A DNA stretch of 64,000 nt from contig JANJGN010000026.1 of NCBI GenBank assembly GCA_026770705.1, positions 38,254,001 through 38,318,000 of the forward strand. Reading direction: 5' to 3'. Source of the DNA: Isurus oxyrinchus (taxonomy: Eukaryota). The position numbers were made by a program, and so were the translations under genes. Within the stretch, counting starts at the first letter, position 1. Every line of letters begins with the position of its first letter. This document shows positions 24,985 through 35,967 of the stretch, one piece after another. Below the pieces are notes generated by a model. The model was given only the letters and a program-made list of their open reading frames with translations, was not told where the DNA came from and did no database searches.

Positions 24985-26000
24985 GTGTGTGTCTGCATGA
25001 GTATCTCGCACTTTGCATTACTGGTTGATTGTGTGTCCATCGGTGTTAATGTGTGTGTTCATGTGCCAATGAGTGCTGATTTGTGTATTTTTGTGTCTGC
25101 ATCTGTACGTATATTTGGTTTTTCTGCCAATGTGTATGTATGAGTGTGTTATTGCGTGTGTTTGTGTAATGATGTCTATGTTGACTTATTACTGTCTGTG
25201 TTAATGTGTGTTTACGCATTCCTGCCTGCTAATGTGAGTGTTAATGTTTCTTTTTGTGTTCCACTGTGTGTCAGCATTTTAAAGTCTGTGTCACAGGGTC
25301 TGTGTGTGTGTATGTGTGCGTGTGTGTGTGTGTGTGTATGACACAGCGAGAGAGAGATAAAGTTTTTAATGTGTGCATTTGTGTGTTGATTGATATTTAG
25401 AACTATGTATCAATGCGTGTTTATGTTTTCATATGTACCAACATGTGTTTTTTGTGTTCTACTGTGTATGAGTATGTTCATGTTTGTGTCCACATGGGTG
25501 TCTGTGAATGTGTTAGTCGGTTCCTCTGTGTTTTTGTATCTGGGTGTCGTCTGCTCATGTGTGTGCATGTGTTAATGTATGTCCATGCATTGTTTTAATG
25601 TGTACGATAGTGTGTGTCTTTCTGTCTGTATTTCTGTCATTGTGAACGTGTGATAATGCATATGCGAAAAGTTACATTTGTGCTTTGTATCCTTGTATGA
25701 GTCTGCTTGTCTGGTTTTATCTGTTTGTGTGTGTGTGATTGTGTATATGTGTGTGAGCGAGTGTGTCTGTGTGTGTATTCCTGTATGTGTGTGTATTTGT
25801 GAATGTGTGTGTTTGTGCGTGTGTATTTGTCTATGTGTTTCTGCCTGTGTTTGTGTGGGTGCGCATGTGTGGGTGTACATGTGTCTGCTTGTACCTGTGT
25901 GTGTTTGTGTCTGTGTGTCTGTGCCTATGTGTGTGTGTGTACGCATGTTTGTGTCTGTCAATTTGTATCAGTTGTGTGTATTTTTACTATTTTTCCAAAT
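24985..26000. repeat. Degenerate (TG)-rich tract in the CH4-TM1 intron
   Basis: About 1 kb of imperfect TG repeats; reads CA-rich in the IgM pre-mRNA. Confidence 0.85.
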
Positions 26001-26589
26001 TTCACCAGGTACCAATGATCGAGTCTGAACTTGATGGTGAAAAATTTGGTGAATATTTTCAATGTTCTGTGTATAAACATGTTTTCTGTGAGATGCAAGG
26101 TGATATCAGATGAACGAATGCAAACAATCAACCATGTGCCTAATAAAAATTCAGGGACAGAACCTTGAACAACCCAAGGAGGATTCAATCACCAATTTAG
26201 ATTTGGATGATGGGAAATCAATCTTAGCATAAGCTTAACAGGGACAAGAGTGTTAAAACATCTTCAAGTTATGTTGCACAAATAGATGTTTTTACAACAT
26301 CCAAAGCATGATGGGAGTTTAAAATCTGTGGCCAGGAAGCTAGAAGCTGACTTCGACTGTTGATAACTGAGTCTTTATAATAGAGACCCATTCTCTTCCA
26401 GATTCTCTGCTTGGGGCCTGAGTGTCCAGTGAGTTAATAGTTTTGCTCTGTCTGGTTGTCTAAGCAATTTCCCTTTCGGTTCTCTCTGCTGAGAAGGTGG
26501 AGACACACCGGGTTAACCGATGAACTTCCTCGTCTTTTTGTTTAGCAAGTGGAGGTAAAATTGGCTTAAAATTTTCCTTTCAGTTTTCT

Positions 26590-26960
26590 CTGCCGGGTAA
26601 GTGGAGGTACAGTGGGTTACCAGTTTGCCTTCCCCTCTCTCTGTTGGGAAAGTGGGGGTACAGTGGTTAAATAATTCCTCCCCCCCCACCTGTTGTTGTG
26701 GAAGTGAAGGTGCAGTGCTTTAACAATGTCCCCTTCCCCTCTCTCTGTTGGAGAAGTCGAGGTACAGTGGGTTAACAATTTCCCCTCCCCTCTCTCTGTT
26801 GGCGAAGTCGGGGTACAGTGGGTTAGCAATTTCCACTCCCCCTCTCTCTGTTGAGGAGGTGGAGGTACAGTGGGTTAACAATTTCCACTCCCCCTCTCTC
26901 TGTTGGGGAGGTGGAGGTGCAGTGGGGTAACAATTTCCCTTCCCCCTCTCTCTGGTGGGG
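26590..26960. repeat. ~52-bp minisatellite, 7 copies
   Basis: gtggaggtacagtgggttaacaatttcccctcccctctctctgttgg.. at about 26601, 26652, 26704, 26756, 26807, 26859, 26912. Confidence 0.9.
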
Positions 26961-27360
26961 GATTGTTGGGACATATTTCTGCGTGACCCTCACTTCAGTT
27001 CCCAGTGAGTGTGGTGCAGAAGCTTAAAGCTGGCATCCATTTTAAAGGGATGGACGACAAAAGAGGCAGGAACACCGAGATCTAAATGTGCTGTGTTTGT
27101 TTTCTCAGAAATGAGAAATTGTCAGATTTCTCCTCAGCGGGAGGAGAGCTGGTGAAGCTATTTTGCAGAATTCTGTAATGAATGAACTTTACTCTGTCTC
27201 TAACCCAGGGTGTATCTGAGCTGGGAGCACTGGATGTACATGACTTGGGTATGAGCCCTGTGAGTATCCGATTTTAACAAAACACATCTAAAATGATCAA
27301 AAGTGGAAAACAACATTAATTAAATGATTGTGCATTTAAATCACGATTGGAGAAAAGGAC

Positions 27361-27376
27361 TTTATTATTTTTTATT
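27361..27376 (-). terminator. Tandem poly(A) signals for secreted IgM mRNA
   Basis: Two AATAAA hexamers (27371-27376, 27361-27366) 28-43 nt after the secretory stop. Confidence 0.8.
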
Positions 27377-27403
27377 GTAGTTTGAAATGGAACCGAGAGA
27401 TTC

Positions 27404-27795
27404 TCATTGACATGAATTAACGGTGTCCATCAGTGCAAGGGAAATGTTCACAAAACTCGGTTTACCGCTGGATTTATCAACCGTTCTGTTGATGATCTTC
27501 AAGGGGATCGCTTCATGTCCCACCACACAGGAGTAAGAAGCGCCGCTGGCCCACTCCTCCGCTGCAATGGATAACAGGCTGTACATGAAGAAGGAGCGAT
27601 TGCCGTTCTCTGCCACTACCTCGGTGTTCTTGTAGTTTCCGGGAGCCACTGGCTTGTCATTGACGGTCCACTTGACGAAGATCTCTCGGGGGGAGAAACC
27701 TCTCACTAAGCAGCTGAGGGAGACGGACCTCTGAGCGGAGACATCTTCTGCCGAGGGCAGGAGGACAGACACGGAAGGTTCCCGCGGATCTTTAA
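27404..27795 (-). CDS. IGHM: IgM CH4 exon plus secretory tailpiece
   Basis: ctgcag|..[60 protein letters not shown]; internal donor G|GTAAAC at 27466/27465; tailpiece N-glycan site and penultimate Cys. Confidence 0.97.
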
Positions 27796-27949
27796 CTGCA
27801 GAAAATGTACAATAAATGTCAATAAGCTGCATACTTTCGTAGACAATGAAATGGCTGGTTAGATGTGAGAGAAACGTGTTTTGTGATGAATATTAAGGTT
27901 TTTCATTATCCACTTCTAGGAAATATATCACCGATTCTTCACTATAGCT

Positions 27950-28112
27950 GAATCAAAATCCTGGAACACCCTCCCTAACAGCACTGTGAGTGTATCTACA
28001 CCACATGGACTGCAGCGATTCAAGAAGGCAGCTCACCACCACCTTGTCAAGGGCAATTAGGGATGGGCAATAACTCTGGCCCAGCCAGCGACGCCTACAT
28101 CCCATGAATTAA
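27950..28112 (+). mobile_element. LINE/SINE 3' tail inserted in the CH3-CH4 intron
   Basis: caaaatcctggaac..ggactgcagcgattcaagaaggcagctcaccacc..agccagcgacgcctacatcccatgaat. Confidence 0.65.
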
Positions 28113-28499
28113 TTAATTAAATACTTTGGGATCTGTCCGGCTTTCCAGCTCGGAGCAGAGGTGGCACAATCCTTTTCCCTGGAGTTGGACGAGAAAGTTT
28201 CTCAAAGTTTACAGCACAGAAACAGGCCATTCTGCCCAACTGGTCCATGTTGGTGTTTTAGCTTCGCACCAGGCTCCTCCCATCTTGCTTCATCTAAACC
28301 CAATGGCACAACCTTCAATTCATTGTTCATTCATCTACTTATCAATTTCCCCCTGAAAGTCCACAGGCCCAGGGCGTTTAGTTGGCGAAATTGCTAATCA
28401 GAGTAGACCATGAATACAATGAATAGTAAATATTGATCCTTACACTTACACTGGAAATAGACACATCGAACAACTTATTGCTTCAATCTCACCGCTCAC

Positions 28500-28811
28500 C
28501 TGGTTCCTTGTGGATGGAACTTCTTAAAGGAGTCGGCAGATCCTGATGGCTCACCACGCAGTAGAACTCAGCCCCACTCAGCCAGGCTTGTGTCGAGATG
28601 TTTACGTTGCTGACCACGCTGTCGGGATCCTCTCCAGGTTGGACGGCGATTTCTGATTTCAGAGGCTTCTTCTCTTGTGTCCAGGACACGAGGACTCCAT
28701 AAGGAGCATTAGAAACGATGCAGGTTAAGGTCACGGTCGCTTCCAGTAAGACTTGTTCTATTGGAGGTGGCAATAGAGTAATTGTGGGATCGTTGTGGCA
28801 TTGGTGATCAC
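28500..28811 (-). CDS. IGHM: IgM CH3 exon
   Basis: 312 nt, phase 1/1, cag|..|gtgagc; C1-set Cys/Trp/Cys (LTCIV, VSW, FYCVVSH). Confidence 0.97.
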
Positions 28812-29427
28812 CTGTGAGACAGAAATGAAAATCAACCAAAGTTTCACCTTCAGGAGCAGGACAGCAGTATTCAGCTTTCACTCTCTGAAGGAGAATAAAT
28901 CACCTTGGACATATCAACCTCTAACTATTGTTTTTAATCTTCTTTACACAATGGAAAACCAGCTTGGTCTGTGTACATTGTTCTCAAAATTTAAGTCGTT
29001 CAGCCCCGGTAACATTCTCATGAATCTGCGTTGCCCCAGTCCCAATACAAATGTATCATTCATGGGCCCTGGAATGCAGGACTGAAAGCTGTTTTATAAA
29101 TAGCACTTTCCAACACTCTATCTCGAAGCTGTTACCAGTGAAGGGTTCCAGACACCTTCTGCCTCTCCAAATATGATCAGCTGACTCAAGGCAAAGCTGA
29201 TATCAAGTCCACCTCACTCACTCTATGACGTCAATGCAGAGACGTGATGTGATCAAATCCTGAATGGTGAATAATCCGAATGCAGCACTTACATTGGAAT
29301 GAAACACCAACTATATGATAGTAAATTAGAAGTTGTTCTGTGCTTTCTACTAACTCCAATAAATTCCTGATTTGATTAACATTAGAGTGCAGAATGCTCT
29401 ATTGCTTCCACGGTTTGTATTTCTTAC

Positions 29428-29742
29428 CCTCACACTTGGTGGCGTTTCGACTTTGGGTGACCCCTTGGTGAGTGACCTGACAGGTATACACTGCGTCGCT
29501 GAACCATTCCCCAGCGGAGACTTTCAGCCGACTGGTCGCCGAGAAGTTCCCGTTCATTTCAAAGGCGGGAGGGGTGATAATTCCTGAACTCATGGGTTGT
29601 CCATTTTTCAGCCACTTCACGGTGATTGGCTTCGGACGGAAATCGATGATTGAACAGACGGCGGTTGCAAATTTGTTCGTTGTGATTTCTTCCTTGGAGC
29701 TCACGGTGAGGAGAACAGTTGGATGTAAGATGTCAGGAGGAC
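29428..29742 (-). CDS. IGHM: IgM CH2 exon
   Basis: 315 nt, phase 1/1, aag|..|gtaaga; [18 protein letters not shown]. Confidence 0.96.
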
Positions 29743-29956
29743 CTTCAAAAAACACAGGTTAGCCATTTCTTGCAGAAGAAATTGATAACAGATACAATGA
29801 GTTCTTATATTTTAACAGGTTCTTTGCAGTCAATGGACACTAACCTGGAATTTCCAGGGATCAGAACTATGCAGAGCACTATTAATGCGTTATAACCAAG
29901 GCCCTATACAGGTCAATCACAGCCTTTCTGTTTCTCACAGGTTCCCCAACACTTAC

Positions 29957-30256
29957 ATTGCATTTCAACGCTCTTGTCTGAGACGCTGTGTCGAACCTCA
30001 CACTTGATTTTGCTGCATTCTCCCTCTGACTCGGTGATGGTTAATTGGCTGCTCAGGGTGTAGGTTCCCTTCTGGTTTCTCACTGACGGGTATGTCTTAA
30101 ATCCAGTGGTAATCTGCTGCCCATCTTTCTTCCAGGTCAAGCTTGTGATTTCTGGGGAGTAGTCCATCGCCAAACAGCCGTAGGTGACGGAGCCGTCGGT
30201 GTTTTGTTGCTGACAGGAGGAGACCAGGCTGTAGAGAGTGGGCGAAGACGGTGTCA
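29957..30256 (-). CDS. IGHM: IgM CH1 exon
   Basis: 300 nt, phase 1/1, cag|..|gtaagt; SSC (light-chain Cys), [16 protein letters not shown]. Confidence 0.97.
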
Positions 30257-30809
30257 CTGGGAAAGAATGGCCGATTGAACAAGTTAGACTCTGTGAATTG
30301 TGATCATTAAGTAACCAAACAACTTGAAATTAAACTATAACTATAAACATATCCAAATATATTCCAACTAAAACCCACATCCACATTTCATCATTTATTA
30401 TTTCCATCATTTGGTGATCCTCGCCTGTCAGTTCCCTCTTTAGAAACCCACACCTCTTTTTCCGCTTCTATCCCATTGCTAAAAGAGAACATTTTGATGT
30501 CATCTGAATGACGTACCTTTCAGTGGATTAAAATGGAAGAGCAGAGCATCTTCCCCATTATTTTGGCACCATTTATTTCTCAATCAACAGCACTTGGTGA
30601 TAGAGAAATTGTCTCGTCATTTATATCATTGCAGTTTGGAAACTGGCTATGTTCAAATTTACTCCCCGCTCCATGACCCCCAAAACAAAGAATAGCAACG
30701 ACTCTCCGAAGGTACCTTTGCAATGGTACCTTACTAGTGACCATAGAGCTCTAAATTGAATACCAGTTACAGTAAGTACGACGTTTTCCAATCGTATGTA
30801 CATGTGAAC

Positions 30810-32420
30810 ATGTGGATCAGTAGCAGGAGTAGGCTATTCGGCCTCTTGAGCCTCCTCCACCATTCACTCCGATCATAGCTGATCTGATTGTGGCGTTAAC
30901 TCCCGCCTACTCTCCGCTCATCTTTGACTCACTTGTCAATGAAGAATCTCTCTACTTCTGCCTTGAAATATTAATGACTCCTCCTCCATCGCTCTCTGGG
31001 AAAGACAGTTCCAAACTTTCACTACCCTTAGAGAAAAATATAAAATCTCCTCATTTCCGCCAGAATGGGAGACCTATTTTTAAACTCTGTTGCCTATCGT
31101 TAGTCTCTCCCACAAGCGGAAACATCCTTTCAGCATCCACCCTGTCATTTTCCTCCAGGATCTTATATGTTTCAATAAAATCAGTTCTTATTTTTCTAAA
31201 CTCTAATAGATACAGGCCTATCCAAACTTTCCTCATAAGATAACCGACGACACTTCCCAGTATCAGTTGAATGAACATTCTCTGAACAGCTTCTAATGCT
31301 TTTATATCCTTTCTTAAAGGAGACTAAATCTGTACACAGTAATTCAGACGAGGCCGCATTGACGCCTCGTTAAACTGTTACAAACCATCTTTACTTTTAT
31401 ATTATTTTCTATTATTAAGGATCCTATCATGGGTCATTAAGAAAATCCAAATGCAATTACGTAGATCCATCATGGTTTTGTGACAAGCAGAGTTCCACAG
31501 GGATCAATGCTGTGGCCTCAACTATTTACAATTTACATCAATGACTTTAATGAAAGGACTGAATGAATTTGCTAAATTTGCTGATGACACAAAGATAGAT
31601 AGGAGAGTAAGTGGTGAAGAGGGCATAAAGGTCAGCAAAGGGATACAGATAGGTTATAGGAGTGGGCAAAAAAATGACAGAGTATAAATTCCCCTTGTAA
31701 TAAATGACAACATTCCCTTTGCCTTCCTCATTACTTGCTGTTCCTGCATTATAACTTTTTGTGATTCATGCAGCAAGGGATCCGCATCCCTCTGTACCTC
31801 AGAGTTCAGCAATCTCTCTCCCTTTCAATAATATGCAGCTTTTGTATTCTTCCTGCCAAAGTGGGCACGTTTATATTTTCCCACGTTATACTCTGTCATT
31901 TTTTTGCCCACTCCTATAACCTATCTATGTCCCTTTGCTGACCTTTATCCCCTCTTCACCACTTACTCTCTTATCTATCTGTGTGTCATCAGCAAACTTA
32001 GCAAATTCATTCAGTCCTTTCATTTAAGTCATTGATGTAAATTGTAAATAGTTGAGGCCGCAGCATTGATCCCTGTGGCACTCCACTTGTCACAAAACCA
32101 TGATGGATCTACGTAATTGCATTTGGATTTCCTTAGTGACCCGTGATAGGATCCTTAATAATAGATTCCATCATTTTCGCTCGGACAGATGTTAAGCTAA
32201 CTGGCCTATCGGTTCTTGCTTTCCCGTTACCTCTTTTATTTGATATAAAAGCCTCATTCTCTATTTTCCAATCTGATGAGACTTTTCCAGAATCCAGGGG
32301 AGTTTGGAAAATTAAACCAATGCCTCTGCTATTTTAGTAACCACCTCGTTAAGGCCAAAATATTTGGCCAACTTCTCCGCCCATTTCCTTATTTTCCTTC
32401 ATTACAGGCTTGTCCAATCC
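30810..32420 (-). mobile_element. CR1 LINE relic containing a 280-bp inverted duplication
   Basis: LLEFRKIRTDFIETYKIL motif; arms 31408-31687 and 31886-32165. Confidence 0.75.
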
Positions 32421-32869
32421 GTGTCCTGTGGCTGGATAAGAGCCCCTGAAGCCCCTCCATATGGCCCCCGGAGATGTTGTTCAAAATGCTGGTCAGGCAG
32501 GTAAGTGGAGTTGAAGATATCTGGAAGGAGCTGCTCCTCCAATCACAGGCGAGTCTTCTACCCGTTAACTGCTGATAGGCTGACTGGTGGGCCTATCAGC
32601 AGTAAAAGTGGGAGGCAAACAGGTTGTGATTGGAGGGGCAGCAAGCACCTGCTGGAGAAATGCGCAGGGAGCCGGGGGGAAGCGCACGGAGACATTGTCT
32701 CCCTTCTATCCCAGGCACTGAGTGCCTTTCCCCGGGAATGGAAAGGATTTCAGGAGGAGGAGAGACAATGAGAGAGAGAGATAGAGAGAGTGGGGCCCAG
32801 GGCGCCTGGGGCCTCGGCTCGCAACTGCTGACACCCTGATCTCCCCGCTATAGCCCGCCTCGCTGCCCT

Positions 32870-34925
32870 TCGCCCACCCTCCGGCCTCTCTGCCCATTCC
32901 CCTCCGGCCTCTCTGCCTTTCCACCCCCCCACCCCGCCACCCCCCGCCACTTTGCCCTTTCCCCCTTGCCTCTCTGCCCTTTCCACCCCCCCGCTTCCCT
33001 GTCCTTCCTCCTCCTGCCTCTCTGTCCTCCACTGCCTCTCTGCCCTTCCCCCTGCCCTTTCCCCTTCTGCCCCTCTGCCTTCCCCCCTCCCGCCTCTCTG
33101 CCCTTCGCCCTCCCGCCTCTCTACTCTTTCCCCCTCCCTCCTCTCTGCCCTTTCCACCCCCGCCTCCCTGTCCTTCCTCCTCCTGCCTCTCTGTCCTCCA
33201 CTGCCTCTCTGCTCTTCCCCCTGCCCTTTCCCCTTCTGCCCCTCTGCCTTCCCCCCTCCCGCCTCTCTGCCCTTCGCCCTCCCGCCTCTCTGCCCTTTCC
33301 CCCTCCGTCTCTCTGCCCTATCCCCCTCCCTCCTGTCTGCCCTTTCCACCACCAGCTCCCTGCCCTTCCCCCTCCCGTTTCCCTGCCCTTCCCCCTCCCG
33401 CCTCCCTGCCCTTCCCCCTCCCGCCTCCCTGTCTTTTCCCCCTCTGCCTCCCTGCCCTTCCCCCTCTAGCTCCCTGCGCTTTCCTCTCTGCCTCTCTGCC
33501 CTTCGCACCTCTGCCTCTCTGCCCTTCGTACCTCTGTCTCTCTGCCCTTCCCCTGTCTCTCTGCCCTTTCCACCCGCCTCTCTCCTTTCCACCCCTGCCC
33601 TTTCCTCCTCTGCCTCACTGCCCTCCCCCCTCCTGCCTCTCTGCCCTTCCCCCCTCTACCTCCCTTCCCTTTCCCCTTCTGGCCTCTCTGCCCTTTCCCT
33701 CTCTGTCCCTCTGCCCTTCCCCCCTCTACCTCCATTCCCTTTCCCCCTCCCGCCTCTCTGCCTTTTCCCCCTCCCACCTCTCTGCCCTTTCCCCCTCCCA
33801 AATCTCTGCCCTTCCCACCTCTGCCCCTCTGCCCTTCCCCTTCGGACTCTCTGCCCTTACCCCTCCTGACTCTCTATCCTTTCCCTCTCTGCCTCTCTGC
33901 ACTATTCACTCCTCGCTTCCCTACCCTTCCCCTCCCGCCTCTCTGCTCTTCCCCCTCCCGCCTCTCTGCCCTTTCCCCCTCCCGCCTCTCTGCCCTTCCC
34001 CCTCCCGCCTCTCTGCCCTTTCCCCCTCCTGTCTCTCTGCCCTTTCCCCCTCCCGCCTCTCTGCCCTTTCCCTCTCCCGCCTCTCTGCCCTTTCTCCCCC
34101 AGTTCTCTGCACATACTCCACGGCTCCCTGTGCTTTTGCTCTGCTCTCTGACCTTTCCCACTGGCTTTATGATCTTTCCCCCAGCTATCTGCCCTTCCCA
34201 TCACCTCTCTGCCTTTCCCCTTCCCACCTCCCTGCCCCTTCCTCCTCCCGCCGCTCTGCCCTTTCCCTGTCTGCCTCTCTAGCCTTTCCCCCTCTGCCCT
34301 CCTACCCCCACCTCTCTGCCCTCCCCCCTCTGCCCATCCCCCGCCTCTCTGCCCTCCCCCCCCCTACCTCTCTGCCCTTTCCCCCTCCCACCTCTCTGCC
34401 CTTTCTCCCCCAGTTCTCTGCACTTACTCCATGGCTCTCTATGCTTTTGCTCCTCTTTCTGACCTTTTCCACTGGCTATACAATCTTTCCCCCGACTCTC
34501 TGCCCTTTCCATCGACTCTCTGCCCTTTCCCGCCTCATTGCCTTTCCCCCTCCCAACTCCCTGCCCTTTCTCCCCCCACCTCTCTGCCCTTTCCCCCTCC
34601 CCTCTCTGCCCTTTCCCCAACACGCCTCTCTGCCCCTTACTCCACTTCTCACTGACCTTTCCCCAGCTCTCTGCCCTTCCTACCAGGCTTCTCTGCCATG
34701 TCCTCCCCCTCCCCCTCCCCTCTGCCGTGCTGCACCCTCTATGCCCTATCTCCCACGCCTCTTTGCCCTTTCCCCCAGCCAACTGCACTTACTCTAAGGG
34801 TCCCTGCGCTTTCGCCTGGCTCTCTGATCTTTCCACTGATGCTAATCACTCCCTTCGGCCATGCTCCACCTTCTGACACTGTGAGGCCTCAGGCCTCGCT
34901 TCTAAGTCTCTCTTCCCCGCAGTTC
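32870..34925. repeat. Polypyrimidine/polypurine complex tandem repeat (G-rich on IgM sense strand)
   Basis: Repeating cccctcccgcctctctgcccttt units with larger internal duplications. Confidence 0.9.
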
Positions 34926-34964
34926 CCGCCCTCCCACACACTGATTTAGGAAAAGTGATCGAGT

Positions 34965-35967
34965 GAGTGAGCGTGTGCATAATTGACAGAGTGAGGGTGG
35001 GTGGCTGAGTGCGTGAGGGTGCGTGGGTGATTGAAGGAGTGAATGAGGGTGGGTAGTGAGTGAGAGTGGGTGGGTGTCTAATTGTGGGTGAGTGAGAATG
35101 ATATGAGTGAGTGAGGGCAGGTGTTTGAATGAGGGTAGATGAGTGGGTGATTGAGGGTTGGTGGGTATGTGAGGGTGCATATGTGAGTGATGGTGACTGG
35201 GTATATCAGGGTGGGTGGATGAGTGTGAATGAGGCTGGGTGGGTCAGGGTGACTGAGGGTGTGTGAGTGAGGGTGAGTAATTGATGGTGAGTGAATGAGG
35301 GTGAGTGAATGAGGGTGTGGTGGGGGTGAGTGTGTGAGGGTGAGTGAGGGTGGGTGAGTGAGGGTGGATGCGGCTGGGTGGGTAAGGGTGAGTGAGGGTG
35401 AGTAAGAGTGAGTGAGTGGTAGTGAGGAGTGAGGTTGAGTGAGGGTGAGTGAGGATGGTGAGGGTGCGTGAGTGATGGATGAGAGAGTGATGGGTGAGAG
35501 AGTGAGGGGTGTGAGTGAGGGGTGAGTGAGTGAAGGTGAGTGAGTAATTGATGGTGAGTCAAGGAAGGTGTGTGAAGGTGGGTGAGGGTGGATAATTGAG
35601 GGTGCCTGAGTGAGGGTGAGTGAGTGAGGGTGAGTGAGTGAGGGTGGGTGTGTGAGGGTGGGTGAGTGAGGGTGGGTGAGTGAGGGTGGGTGAGTGAGGG
35701 TGGGTGAGCAAGAGAGTGCAAGTGAGTAAGGGCGAGGGAGTGAGGGTGAGGGAGTGAGGCTGAGTGAGTGATGGTGGGTGAGCGAGGGTGGCTGAGGGCC
35801 AGTGAGTGAGGGCCAGTGAGTGAGGGTGAAGAAATGATGGTGAGGGAGTGAGTGTGAGGGAGTGAGGGTGAGTGAGTGAGTGAGATTGAGTGAGGGTGAG
35901 TGATTGTGGGTAGTGAGGGTGAGTGAGTGAGGGTGAGTGAGGGTGAGTGATTGTGGGTAGTGAGGGT
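34965..35967. repeat. (GAGTGAGG/GGGT)n low-complexity tract
   Basis: Direct observation; G-rich on the plus strand. Confidence 0.9.

Noticed and set aside
25144-26113. Cys/Val-rich and His/Thr-rich ORFs
   Set aside because: TG/CA microsatellite translations.
22108-26960. CRISPR-like appearance of regular 52- and 66-bp repeats
   Set aside because: Eukaryotic context, head-to-tail units without unique spacers.
32706-34949. Long ORFs (up to 305 aa, Pro/Leu/Ser- or Gly/Arg/Glu-rich) on both strands
   Set aside because: Products of stop-poor polypyrimidine/polypurine repeat; no domain, no splice context.
35206-35967. His/Thr/Ser/Pro-rich body of the 295-aa minus ORF
   Set aside because: Translation of the GAGTGAGG tract; only the first ~42 residues (SCD-like) carry real protein signal.
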